Assembly (NCBI GenBank): GCA_937921735.1
Contig: CAKZTQ010000011.1
Span: 1 to 64,000 of the forward strand
Length of the DNA stretch: 64,000 nucleotides
Direction: 5' to 3'
Source of the DNA: an uncultured archaeon
GTDB lineage: Archaea > Hadarchaeota > Hadarchaeia > Hadarchaeales > Hadarchaeaceae
Part shown: piece after piece, positions 47,371-56,302 of the stretch
Position numbering within the stretch: position 1 is the stretch's first letter
How the letters are laid out: every line of letters begins with the position of its first letter
Position numbers and translations under genes: made by a program
Notes under the pieces: model-generated
The model's input: the letters and a program-made list of their open reading frames with translations, nothing else
Told to the model about the DNA's origin: nothing
The model's database searches: none

Positions 47371-47712
47371 ATGCCGCGCCGGAGAGGTGGTTTGAGGTCG
47401 GACGACAAAATCATCGCCGCCGAACGTATAGACCGCCTCTTCGAGCTGGCCGAGCAAGTATTCGAAAAGCGCCCCGCGCTGGCGGATAGGTACGTCCAGC
47501 TTGCTTGGCGGTTGGCGACTAGATACAACTTGCGCATGCCAGCCCACTTGAGGAGGAAATTCTGCAGGAAGTGCTTGTCCTTTTTGAAGCCCGGTGTCAG
47601 CTGTAGGGTGCGAACGCGCCCTCGCCCATCGCCGAGCATCGTCATCACCTGCTTGCGCTGTGGCCATCGCACGCGCGTACCTTATGGTAGAAAGGGGATT
47701 GAAAAACGTTAA
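47371..47712 (+). CDS. rnp4: RNase P protein component 4 (Rpp21)
   Basis: IAAERIDRLF, RYV, FCRKC, TCLRCG..R.PY. Confidence 0.92.
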   Translation: MPRRRGGLRSDDKIIAAERIDRLFELAEQVFEKRPALADRYVQLAWRLATRYNLRMPAHLRRKFCRKCLSFLKPGVSCRVRTRPRPSPSIVITCLRCGHRTRVPYGRKGIEKR

Positions 47713-47764
47713 TAGCATCGGATTTAAAGGTTAGGTGACAAAACCCGATGAGTCCGGTGGAAAG

Positions 47765-48205
47765 ATGCTGGTAGAAGAGGTATCGCCAAGCCTCCTCATC
47801 AAACGGCTGAGCGAGGAACTCAAGAAGTTGAAGGAGTTGCAGCCCCCTCCGTGGAGCCATTACGTTAAGACGGGCGTGCACAAGCAGCGTCCCCCGGAGC
47901 AGCCCGATTGGTGGTACGTGCGCGCGGCCTCCATCCTGAGGCGCATATACTTGGATGGACCCGTGGGCGTTTCCAGGTTGCGCACCCGCTACGGGGGCAG
48001 GCAGAGGAGGGGATCAGCGCCCGAGCACTTCAGAAAGGCGGGAGGGAAGATCATACGCGTGATCCTGCAGCAGCTGGAGCAGGCAGGGCTTGTGGCCAAG
48101 GTGGAGAAAAGTGGACGGAAGGTCACGCCTAAGGGCGAATCCTTGCTCAAGAGCACGATCAACAAGGTAAAGGCCGAACAGGCCAAAGAGCAGAAGGCGG
48201 CGTGA
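47765..48205 (+). CDS. rps19e: 30S ribosomal protein S19e
   Basis: PPWS.YVKTGVHKQRPP, WWYVRAAS, YGG, LQQLE. Confidence 0.96.
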   Translation: MLVEEVSPSLLIKRLSEELKKLKELQPPPWSHYVKTGVHKQRPPEQPDWWYVRAASILRRIYLDGPVGVSRLRTRYGGRQRRGSAPEHFRKAGGKIIRVILQQLEQAGLVAKVEKSGRKVTPKGESLLKSTINKVKAEQAKEQKAA

Positions 48206-48209
48206 TGGT

Positions 48210-48542
48210 ATGGAGGAGCCCGAGGATCTGGAGGAAATCAGGAGGCGAAGGTTGCTGGAGCTTCAGGCTAGGCTGGAGGAGCAGAGACGCCAAGAAGAGC
48301 TGCGAAGGCAGTACGAAATTCAGAAAAGGTTGGCACTACAACAGATACTGACCCCCGAGGCTAGAAGCAGGTTGGCAAATATTAGGGCCGCGAGGCCAGA
48401 GTTCGCGGAGCAGATAGAGCTCCAGCTCATCCAGCTCGCTCAAGCCGGGAGGATAACGTCGCAGATCACGGACGCCCAGCTGCGGGAGATTCTGCGTAGG
48501 CTCCAGGAGCGCAGGCGTACCTTCAGGATCAGGAGGATGTGA
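48210..48542 (+). CDS. PDCD5-like DNA-binding protein
   Basis: LEEIRRRR, ILTPEARSRLANI, LIQLAQ.G. Confidence 0.92.
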   Translation: MEEPEDLEEIRRRRLLELQARLEEQRRQEELRRQYEIQKRLALQQILTPEARSRLANIRAARPEFAEQIELQLIQLAQAGRITSQITDAQLREILRRLQERRRTFRIRRM

Positions 48543-48543
48543 G

Positions 48544-48699
48544 ATGGCTAGGAATAAGCCGGCCCCGTTGAAGCGCAGGCTCGCGAGGGCAGCCAAGCTC
48601 GCTCAGCGCGTGCCCATATGGGTGATGGCCAAGACGCGCGGCAGGGTACGGACCAACGTCAAGAGGAGGAGCTGGCGCCGTCAGCGGATAAAGCCCTAG
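48544..48699 (+). CDS. rpl39e: 50S ribosomal protein L39e (not in ORF track)
   Basis: MARNKPAPLKRRLARAAKLAQRVPIWVMAKTRGRVRTNVKRRSWRRQRIKP; canonical position before L31e. Confidence 0.93.
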   Translation: MARNKPAPLKRRLARAAKLAQRVPIWVMAKTRGRVRTNVKRRSWRRQRIKP

Positions 48700-48709
48700 C
48701 GGTGATTCG

Positions 48710-48961
48710 ATGCCCGAAGAACGCATTTACGTGATCCCTTTAAGGGATGTCAGAAAGGCGCCTAGGGGTAGGCGTACCCCGCGCGCCGTCAAGATAGTGC
48801 GCGAGTTCCTGATGAGGCACATGAAGGCGAGGAAGGTCAAGATCGATGAGGGCCTAAACAAGAGGCTTTGGGAGCGGGGGATAGAGCGGACGCTCAGAAG
48901 GGTTCGCGTTCGCGCCGTGAAACAAGATGACGGCTCGGTCGAGGCCTTTTTGGCCGAGTGA
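48710..48961 (+). CDS. rpl31e: 50S ribosomal protein L31e
   Basis: ERIYVIPLR, RAVKIVREF..RHMK, LWERG. Confidence 0.95.
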   Translation: MPEERIYVIPLRDVRKAPRGRRTPRAVKIVREFLMRHMKARKVKIDEGLNKRLWERGIERTLRRVRVRAVKQDDGSVEAFLAE

Positions 48962-49629
48962 TCGCGATGCCGATTTTGCGCTTGGATTTCGGTAACCTGC
49001 CTTACCTAGGTGCCTTTGCGCTGGCGACGGATAATGTCGTGATCTTGCCGAGTCAGCTCACGGCGCGCGATGAGCGCGTGCTCGAGGCTTTAGGTGTAGA
49101 GCCGACCAGGGCCAGCATAAACGGAAGCTCGCTGATAGGGGTCTTCGCGGCGGGCAATTCGAATGGGTTGGTGGTCACCGACCTCATAGAGCCACAGGAG
49201 GAGGCTCTCCTTAGGCGGTTGGGGGTGAAGGTGGTGCGGATATCGAGCAAGCACACGGCGATAGGCAATCTGGTGCTCGCGAACGACAAGGGGGCCATCG
49301 TCAGCCCGGATTTTCCGGATGAGGCGGTGAGGCTGATAGGCGAGGCACTTGAGGTGCCGGTCGAGCGAGGCACCATCGCAGGGCTAAAGAACGTAGGCGC
49401 GGCCGGGGTGGCGACCAACAAGGGAGCCCTAGTACATCCGGATGCGTCGGATGAGGAGATCGAATTGCTCGAGAGCATCCTGCGCGTGCCCGTAGACGTC
49501 GGTACCGCCTGTGGCGGAGTTGAATTCGTCGGCGTCTGCATCATCGCAAACTCGAAAGGTGCCCTCGTGGGAACCACCACCACAGGACCGGAGCTGGGTA
49601 GGGTGGAGAGCGCATTAGGTTTCATATGA
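48958..49629 (+). CDS. eif6: Translation initiation factor 6
   Basis: GNSNG, GNLVLANDKGA, ATNKGALVHP, TTGPELGRVE. Confidence 0.95.
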   Translation: MIAMPILRLDFGNLPYLGAFALATDNVVILPSQLTARDERVLEALGVEPTRASINGSSLIGVFAAGNSNGLVVTDLIEPQEEALLRRLGVKVVRISSKHTAIGNLVLANDKGAIVSPDFPDEAVRLIGEALEVPVERGTIAGLKNVGAAGVATNKGALVHPDASDEEIELLESILRVPVDVGTACGGVEFVGVCIIANSKGALVGTTTTGPELGRVESALGFI

Positions 49630-49638
49630 GGTGGCGGC

Positions 49639-49839
49639 ATGCTCAAGCTGTTTCGCGTGAGGGGCTGGTTTGAACAGAAGGGGAGACGCCAGAAGTTCAC
49701 AAGGGAGCTCCGCGGGCTCTCGCGGGAACACGTGATCGAACGGGTCCTATCCGAGCTTGGAAGCAGGCATAGGGTCAAGCGAAACCTTATCCACATAGAG
49801 GAAATAACAGAGGTCGAGGTAGGATCGAATGAGCGATGA
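49639..49839 (+). CDS. rpl18a: 50S ribosomal protein L18Ae/LX (eL20)
   Basis: FRVRG, KFTRE, SELGSRHRVKR..I.I; operon context. Confidence 0.9.
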   Translation: MLKLFRVRGWFEQKGRRQKFTRELRGLSREHVIERVLSELGSRHRVKRNLIHIEEITEVEVGSNER

Positions 49840-50278
49840 GGTGGAGGGGCTTACGCCAGAGGAAAGGCAGAGGCTTCAGCGCCTGCTCGAGGAAATCGGC
49901 AACTACCAGGCTGCCGCTGATATCCTCCGCCAGCAGATCACCCTGTCTGCAGCCTCGTTGTCCGAGATCTCTGCTGAGATCGAGACGCTGAGGGCTTTGA
50001 AGGAGCTGAAACTCGAAACCGAGGTCTTGGTGGCGATCGGGCCTGACTCCTTCATCCCGGCTAAGCTGCCGCCATTAGATAAGGTGGTGGTCGGCTTGGG
50101 CGCCGGGGTGGCGGCGGAGCGAGGTGTGGATGAGGCCATAGAGATGCTCAATGCTCGCTCGGTTGAGGTAGAACAAGCCATGGAGCAGGCGCGGCAGGAG
50201 CTGGATAAGCTCGGGGAACGCATCGAGGCCCTGAGGCCAGAGGTCGAGAGGATCTTGGAAAAGGCGAGGGGAAAGTAG
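49829..50278 (+). CDS. pfdA: Prefoldin subunit alpha
   Basis: Coiled coil, LVAIG, VVVGLGAGVAAE, coiled coil; between LX and ftsY. Confidence 0.9.
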   Translation: MSDEVEGLTPEERQRLQRLLEEIGNYQAAADILRQQITLSAASLSEISAEIETLRALKELKLETEVLVAIGPDSFIPAKLPPLDKVVVGLGAGVAAERGVDEAIEMLNARSVEVEQAMEQARQELDKLGERIEALRPEVERILEKARGK

Positions 50279-50291
50279 CAACGGGGATGGG

Positions 50292-51200
50292 ATGCTCGAG
50301 AAGCTTCGGCAGAAGCTGAAGCGGGCGATCAAGAGGGTGACCCGCCGAGAGCTACGCCCAGAGGACATCGAGGACATCGTCTGGGAGCTTCAGGTGGGGC
50401 TGTTGGAGAGCGATGTCGCCGTGCCCGTTGCGGATAAAATAATCGAGCGCGTGAAGAGCGAGCTCTCCGGTAGGAAGCTCGGCCTCAAGGAGGACCCGAA
50501 AAAGCTCGCGGATGAAGCATTGAGGGAAGCGGTGCGAGAGGTACTTTCGGCGGAGCGCAAGGTCGACCTGCTTAGGGTCATCGAGGCCAAGCGCGCGAAG
50601 GGTGAGCCGGCGGTGCTGGTGTTCGTCGGAATCAACGGGGGAGGCAAGACGACGACCATCGCGAAACTGGCGAAGTATCTCATGGATCGAGGTTACAAGC
50701 CGGTGCTCGCCGCAGCGGACACCTTTCGCGCTGCGGGCATAGAGCAGCTGGAGATCCACGCCCAAAGGCTTGGGCTGGGGGTCATCAAACAGAGGCGGGG
50801 CGCTGATGCCGCTGCCGTCGCTTACGATGCCGTGATGCATGCCAAGGCACGAGGCTTGGACGTGGTGCTCGTCGACACCGCGGGGAGGATGCAGACGGAT
50901 GTCAACCTCATGGACGAGATGCGAAAGATAGTGCGCGTCGTGAAGCCAGACCTAACGATATTCGTAGGCGACGCCCTCACCGGCAACGACGCGGTCGAGC
51001 AGGCGTCGACCTTCGATAAGGCCGTTGGGATAGACGGCTCCATCCTCTGCAAGATGGACGCCGACGCTAGGGGAGGGGCCGCGCTCTCCATCACCTACGT
51101 AACCGGGAAGCCGATCCTCTTCCTCGGGACGGGCCAGGGTTACGATGACTTGGTTGAGTTCGACCCGGAGATCATCTTAAACGCGCTCTTCGCCGACTAA
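50292..51200 (+). CDS. ftsY: SRP receptor FtsY
   Basis: GINGGGKTTT, DTFRAA, DTAGR, KMDAD, GTGQ. Confidence 0.96.
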   Translation: MLEKLRQKLKRAIKRVTRRELRPEDIEDIVWELQVGLLESDVAVPVADKIIERVKSELSGRKLGLKEDPKKLADEALREAVREVLSAERKVDLLRVIEAKRAKGEPAVLVFVGINGGGKTTTIAKLAKYLMDRGYKPVLAAADTFRAAGIEQLEIHAQRLGLGVIKQRRGADAAAVAYDAVMHAKARGLDVVLVDTAGRMQTDVNLMDEMRKIVRVVKPDLTIFVGDALTGNDAVEQASTFDKAVGIDGSILCKMDADARGGAALSITYVTGKPILFLGTGQGYDDLVEFDPEIILNALFAD

Positions 51201-51866
51201 CTTTCGCTCGAGCTGCTCCAAGCGCTCTTCGTACTTCTCCTTGAGTTTCGAATATTCGTCGCGGCTCAACTTTCCTTCTTTGTACCGCCTTTTCAGTTCG
51301 GCGAGCATTTCCTTCATATGCCTCACGGTTTGCTCGAGCCTCTCCTCCCCGGTCGGCGGAGGGGGTATCCCAAGCTTTTTTAGCACCTCCTCCGGCGTTG
51401 CGCCGCGAAGATAGGCCATAGCCTCCCTCTCGCGTGCCGCTTCTATTACGACCGTGCCGGCTATGATGTCGAACAACCTCTGCCTTTTTGCGGTGGCGAG
51501 GATGGCAGCCGCGTCAAAAAGCCCGAATACGGTCGCCAGCCCCACCCTCCTCAGCAGCGCCTTTTTGAAGCCCATGCGCCCGCCGTCCTCCGTGCGCACG
51601 ATTAAATTCATTATGTGTTTCCCGATGCTTTGCCCACGCCAGCCCTCCAACGCGGAAAAGTAGATCAAACTCGCGACTACTAAGGCTTGGGCGGTCACGG
51701 TGTAGGGATATGGCTCCCTCAGCAGGAGGTAGATCGGCAAGGCCACCGCCACGGAAAGGATGAACTCGTCGATCAACCAGGCGGCTAACCGCTTCCACGG
51801 CTTGGCCATGAGGAGATCGATAAGCATGAGTTCGCGGCTATTCACCATCGTTCGATCCACCCTCAA
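51177..51866 (-). CDS. RDD-family membrane protein with C-terminal coiled/SHOCT-like tail
   Basis: WKRLAAWLID, GQSIGK, QRLFDIIAGTVV. Confidence 0.85.
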   Translation of the reverse strand: MRVDRTMVNSRELMLIDLLMAKPWKRLAAWLIDEFILSVAVALPIYLLLREPYPYTVTAQALVVASLIYFSALEGWRGQSIGKHIMNLIVRTEDGGRMGFKKALLRRVGLATVFGLFDAAAILATAKRQRLFDIIAGTVVIEAAREREAMAYLRGATPEEVLKKLGIPPPPTGEERLEQTVRHMKEMLAELKRRYKEGKLSRDEYSKLKEKYEERLEQLERKLVGEERV

Positions 51867-53223
51867 GCTCGGCGCGGAGAAGCTCGATGATCTCCCTTGG
51901 ATCCGCTCGCCCCCGGGTCAGCTCCATCACCTTTCCGGCCAAGAAGTGCAAGGCTTCGCGTTTGCCTGCCAGATAATCCCTAACCGCTTCTTGGTTCGTT
52001 TTAATCGCTTGCTCGATCGCAGCCCGAAGCTCGGCACTTTCGATTCGCCCGAGGCCCAACCTCTGCGCTATCAGGCGTGGGCCATCCGGCTTCTTCACCA
52101 GCTCCCTTAGCACGAGCTCTCCTTGTTCGGGAGTTACCTCGCCTTCCTTCACCATCCGCAGGAGCTCCACCATTTGCCCTGGCGTGAACCTCACCTCCGC
52201 CGCGCGCAGCTTCATGTAGTTGAGGACCTTCTTCAGCTTCGTCCTGAACCAGCTAGCCGTGAGCTTTGGGTCCACGCTCGCCGCGATGGCCTCGAACAAG
52301 TCCGCCAGCTCCCGCTCGCTGACTATTACGCTCGCCGTCGAGGGCTCGATGCCGTACTGCTCCACCAACCTTCGCTCCCTCAAGTGCGGGGGCTCCACCA
52401 TGCTGGCTCTGATCCTCTCCACGCGGGCCCTGTCGATGATGAGCGGGAAGATGTCAGGGTCGGGGATGTAGCGGTAGTCCTCCTCCAGCTCCTTGGCGCG
52501 CATGGGCATGGTTATCCGCTGGCTCTCCAGATAGGCCCGAGTTTCCCTCGTCACGGTCTCGCCTCGATCGAGCTTAGCCTTCTGCCGCATGACCTCAAAC
52601 TTTATCGCTCGGTAGGCGCCCTTGATCGAGTTTATGTTCTTCACTTCCACTCGAGCTCCACCTTCGATGGAGATGTTGGTGTCGGCCCGCATCGCTCCGC
52701 CCGCCTCCGGTCGCACCTTGCCGGAGTATTCAAGGACGCGCACGAGTTGCCTCAGGAACCTCCTCGCCTCCTCCGGCGAGCGCATGTCCGGCTCCGTGAC
52801 TATCTCCACGAGCGGCACGCCCGAACGGTTGAAATCGACGAGCCCAGAAGTGGGGTCATATTGTCCGGGGTCCTCCTCCAAGTGGACCTCCCTTATCCTT
52901 ACCCCACCAAGCTCTCCTCCTACGGCTATCGGAGAGCTCGTCCTCTGGTACCCGCTAGGCAGGTCGGGATAATCGTAGTGCTTTCGCTGGATGTAAATGG
53001 GACGGTCGACGACGATCTCGCAGCCCAGCATTAGCGCGATCTCTATCGCCGCGTCCACCGCCTGCTCGTTGGGGGGCAAGGGCTTGGCACCTGGTAGGCC
53101 GGCGCAAATGGGACAAATGTTCGTGTTGGGAGGGGCATCTCGGTAGTCCGTCGGGCAATCGCAGTACATCTTCCGCTTCGTCGCTAGCTGCTGGTGGACC
53201 TCGAACCCTATCATCATCTTCAT
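51838..53223 (-). CDS. gatB: Asp/Glu-tRNA amidotransferase subunit B
   Basis: IGFEVHQQL, YPDLP, HLEED, NRSGVPLVEIVTEPD, VEVKNINS, YRYIPDPD. Confidence 0.96.
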   Translation of the reverse strand: MKMMIGFEVHQQLATKRKMYCDCPTDYRDAPPNTNICPICAGLPGAKPLPPNEQAVDAAIEIALMLGCEIVVDRPIYIQRKHYDYPDLPSGYQRTSSPIAVGGELGGVRIREVHLEEDPGQYDPTSGLVDFNRSGVPLVEIVTEPDMRSPEEARRFLRQLVRVLEYSGKVRPEAGGAMRADTNISIEGGARVEVKNINSIKGAYRAIKFEVMRQKAKLDRGETVTRETRAYLESQRITMPMRAKELEEDYRYIPDPDIFPLIIDRARVERIRASMVEPPHLRERRLVEQYGIEPSTASVIVSERELADLFEAIAASVDPKLTASWFRTKLKKVLNYMKLRAAEVRFTPGQMVELLRMVKEGEVTPEQGELVLRELVKKPDGPRLIAQRLGLGRIESAELRAAIEQAIKTNQEAVRDYLAGKREALHFLAGKVMELTRGRADPREIIELLRAELEGGSNDGE

Positions 53224-54590
53224 GCGCTCGCCTCGAATGCGCGCATCACGCGCAGCACCGCCTTCTCGCCAAGCATCTTGCCCTGAATCTGAAGGCCGAC
53301 GGGAATTCCGTTGACCTCCCCCGCCTTCACCACGCCGCCGCAGATGCCGGCGAGGTTAGCGGGGACGGTGAGATAATCATAAGCGTACATCTCCATGGGC
53401 GTTAACTTGGTGCCGAGTTTATGCGGCAGCTTGGGCACCGTTGGTCCAACTATCACGTCGACCCTTTCAAGCGCCGACATGAGTTCTCTCCTGATCAGGG
53501 TTCGCACCTGCAGCGCGCGCTGGTAGTACTTACCCCGATACTCCTTACGGCTGATGTAGCGCCCCCTGATGATCCTCCTTAGCACCTCCTCGCCGCACAC
53601 TTCCTCGATCCGCTTGCCGTACTTTCGCCCGTCGAACTTGCGAGTCGCGGAGAAGAACTCCACCGACATGATGAGGTAGTAGGCGGGCAAGCCCTTCTCG
53701 AGATGCGGGAGGTCCACCTCGACTATCTCCGCTCCCAGATCGTGGAGCTTCTCTATGGCCCCATCGATGACCTCCATCACCCCAAGCTCCGTGAGTTCCT
53801 CGAACTTCGGGCTCACTCCTATGCGCATACCCCTTATGTCCACGTTTAGCTCATCGGCTAGCTCGACGCCTCGCACATCGAGCATCACGCATTCGTTTGG
53901 ATTTCGACCAGCGATCACCTCTAGCAAAAGCGCGGCGCCGTAGACGTCGGGAGAAAGAGGCCCTATTTGATCTAAACTCATGGCGAGGTCTATTAGCCCC
54001 TGCCTGGGCACCAATCCGTAGGTCGGCTTGAGCCCGACGATGCCGCAGTGGCTGGCGGGGTTTCTAATGGAGCCTCCCGTGTCGGTGCCCAAACATAGGT
54101 CGCACATGCCGGCCGCAATTGCAGCGGCGCTGCCGCTGCTCGAGCCACCTGGTATGTGCCCAAGCGCGGCTGGGTTATCGGTGGGGCCAAAAGCGCTCGT
54201 CTCTCCAGAGGAGCCGCAAGCGAACTCGTCCATGTTCGTCATGCCTATGATTATACCGTCGGCCGCCTTCACGCGACGGATGACCTCGGCATCGTAAGTT
54301 GCGACGTAGTTTTCCAGGGTCTTGGAGGCACAGGTCGCGCGCAGGCCGAGCACATTTATGTTTGACTTCACGCCTATGGTGAGTCCAGCCAGCTTGCCGA
54401 GTCGCTCGCCCTTCTTGAGCTTTCGCTCGAGCTCCTCGGCTTGCGCGCGGGCTTCAGGGTTTACCTCGATGAAGGCATTGATTTTAGGGTTCAGTTTCTC
54501 TATCCGCTCGAGCGCCCTTTCTACGTTTTCGACTATCGAGAGCTCACCTCTACGTATTGCCTCTAGCTTCTCTTTCGTCACCTCGTCCAC
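53220..54590 (-). CDS. gatA: Asp/Glu-tRNA amidotransferase subunit A
   Basis: Amidase signature GGSSSGSAA, GTDTGGSIR. Confidence 0.95.
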   Translation of the reverse strand: MDEVTKEKLEAIRRGELSIVENVERALERIEKLNPKINAFIEVNPEARAQAEELERKLKKGERLGKLAGLTIGVKSNINVLGLRATCASKTLENYVATYDAEVIRRVKAADGIIIGMTNMDEFACGSSGETSAFGPTDNPAALGHIPGGSSSGSAAAIAAGMCDLCLGTDTGGSIRNPASHCGIVGLKPTYGLVPRQGLIDLAMSLDQIGPLSPDVYGAALLLEVIAGRNPNECVMLDVRGVELADELNVDIRGMRIGVSPKFEELTELGVMEVIDGAIEKLHDLGAEIVEVDLPHLEKGLPAYYLIMSVEFFSATRKFDGRKYGKRIEEVCGEEVLRRIIRGRYISRKEYRGKYYQRALQVRTLIRRELMSALERVDVIVGPTVPKLPHKLGTKLTPMEMYAYDYLTVPANLAGICGGVVKAGEVNGIPVGLQIQGKMLGEKAVLRVMRAFEASA

Positions 54591-54832
54591 CTAGCCACCT
54601 CCACGCGAATATTGCCATCCTCGTCCGTGCTGGGGGCTATCGCGAGGAATCGCCTACGGAAGTCCCTTCTCGCCTCTTCCGAGGATGGCTCCCCGTCCGG
54701 GCGAAGGACGTTATATGCTTCGTGGCTGTAATAGGTCTCCACCTCGCTGGGCATGTCCTTCGTTGCCTCAACGAATGATTTGATTATTTCTTCCGCGCTG
54801 AGCTCCACCTCATCTTCCCTTCGCTCGGCCAT
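54578..54832 (-). CDS. gatC: Amidotransferase subunit C
   Basis: NVLRPD..P motif and AP near the C-terminus; overlaps gatA start. Confidence 0.75.
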   Translation of the reverse strand: MAERREDEVELSAEEIIKSFVEATKDMPSEVETYYSHEAYNVLRPDGEPSSEEARRDFRRRFLAIAPSTDEDGNIRVEVARWTR

Positions 54833-54902
54833 CTACGCCCCTCGCGTATCTATGTTTCCTAAAGTTTAAACATCATAGCGGTGAAGTCTACAACGGAGAA
54901 CA

Positions 54903-55052
54903 ATGGGCTACGACGTCGTCACCTGTCCAAATTGTGGTTTCAGGTTCAGCAAGTCCTATGCGCGGATAACGGCCTGCAGAGGATGCCCAATGTCGGTTTC
55001 CTCCTGCGCTAGCATAAAATGCCCGAAATGTGGTCACGAATTTCAAGTTTGA
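54903..55052 (+). CDS. 49-aa Cys-rich metal-binding micro-protein (not in ORF track)
   Basis: MGYDVVTCPNCGFRFSKSYARITACRGCPMSVSSCASIKCPKCGHEFQV; seven Cys; upstream TTTAAA and GGAG. Confidence 0.75.
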   Translation: MGYDVVTCPNCGFRFSKSYARITACRGCPMSVSSCASIKCPKCGHEFQV

Positions 55053-55134
55053 GTTCCGGTTCAAACTGGGAACCGAGGAAGACAGGCAGCATCGCAAGGG
55101 ACATAACCTCAGAATTTCAATATTAAGTGAGATC

Positions 55135-56178
55135 ATGAAAAAACCCGCGAGATTTTGGGAGGGACTGCCTGATAAAAAGGTCCAGTGCACGCTCTGTTCG
55201 CGAAACTGCGTTATACCGCCAGGTAAGCTGGGTGCATGTCGAGCGAGGAAGAACGAAGGCGGCGAGTTGTACAGCTTAGTCTACGGCTCGATAGTATCGA
55301 TGGCAGCAGACCCGATCGAGAAGAAGCCCCTCTATCATTTTTGGCCGGGCTCAAGCGTTTTTTCCATCGCCGCACCGGGCTGCAATTTCAGATGCGCCCA
55401 CTGCCAGAATTGGAGTATCTCCCAAGCGAGCATCGACGAGCTGCCGTGCGACGAGCTCTCGCCGGAGCGATTGATCGAGTTGACCAAGCGCTACGGCTGC
55501 AGGGGCGTGGCTCACACCTACACGGAGCCCACCCTCTGGACGGAGTATGCCATCGACGTCGGGAAGCTCGCCCACCGTGAGGACCTGTACAACGTTTACG
55601 TGACGAATGGCTACATCTCGCTCGAGGCCCTCGAGGAGCTCCGCCCATACTTGGACGCGGCGAACGTCGACGTCAAGGCCTTCACCGACGATTTCTATCG
55701 CAGGATCTGTGGGGTGCCGAGCATCCGCCCGGTGTTGGAGGCTTGCGAGTGGATGGTCGATCACGGCATACACCTCGAGACCACCTACTTGATCATCCCC
55801 CGCGAGAACGATGACCCAAAGGAGATCAGGGAGTTCTGCAGGTGGGAGGTGAAAGAGCTCGGGCCGGAGGTGCCTACACACTTCAGCCGCTTTTACCCTC
55901 ACTACAAGATGGTGGACCGCTCCCCGACGCCAGTCGAGACGCTCGAGCGGGCGGTGAAAATTGCTAAGGAAGAGGGGCTGAAGCACGTCTACATAGGCAA
56001 CGTGCCTGGCCATGAGGCGGATAACACTTATTGCCCGAGCTGCGGCGAGCTGCTGATCGAGCGCTACGGGTTCGAGGTTACACGCTATTCGCTGAAGGAC
56101 AAGCGTTGCCCCAAGTGCGGCGCGAAGGTAAACATCGTAGGCGAGCACGTGCCGGGAACGAGCTGGTTTGGTATATGA
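55135..56178 (+). CDS. amrS: AmmeMemoRadiSam-system radical SAM enzyme
   Basis: DPIEKKPLYHF, CNFRCAHCQNW (CxxxCxxC), YTEP, VYIGNV, CPSCG..LIER; start ATG 55135. Confidence 0.88.
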   Translation: MKKPARFWEGLPDKKVQCTLCSRNCVIPPGKLGACRARKNEGGELYSLVYGSIVSMAADPIEKKPLYHFWPGSSVFSIAAPGCNFRCAHCQNWSISQASIDELPCDELSPERLIELTKRYGCRGVAHTYTEPTLWTEYAIDVGKLAHREDLYNVYVTNGYISLEALEELRPYLDAANVDVKAFTDDFYRRICGVPSIRPVLEACEWMVDHGIHLETTYLIIPRENDDPKEIREFCRWEVKELGPEVPTHFSRFYPHYKMVDRSPTPVETLERAVKIAKEEGLKHVYIGNVPGHEADNTYCPSCGELLIERYGFEVTRYSLKDKRCPKCGAKVNIVGEHVPGTSWFGI

Positions 56179-56231
56179 AACCTCTTGCGCAGTTTCGTTC
56201 GCAGCAGGGTTTTTACAGCGAGCCCGTAGCT

Positions 56232-56282
56232 CGTCGGGCGGCACAAATCATCAAAAACCTCGGAGGCAGTTCCCATCATCGC
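56232..56282 (-). ncRNA. Box C/D sRNA, double guide, probably targeting 23S rRNA near the P loop
   Basis: Minus strand: C ATGATGG, guide GAACTGCCT, D' CCGA, C' TTGATGA, guide TTTGTGCCGC, D CCGA. Confidence 0.72.
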
Positions 56283-56302
56283 GCGTTGATATCTCAGGGG
56301 GT

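Noticed and set aside
46677-51200. nep1-rnp4-S19e-PDCD5-L39e-L31e-aIF6-LX-pfdA-ftsY cluster
   Set aside because: Widely conserved archaeal operon; ordinary
52123-53034. Long antisense ORFs (e.g. 303 aa opposite gatB, 297 aa opposite amrS, 258 aa opposite PINA)
   Set aside because: Shadow frames of GC-rich coding sequence with no motifs
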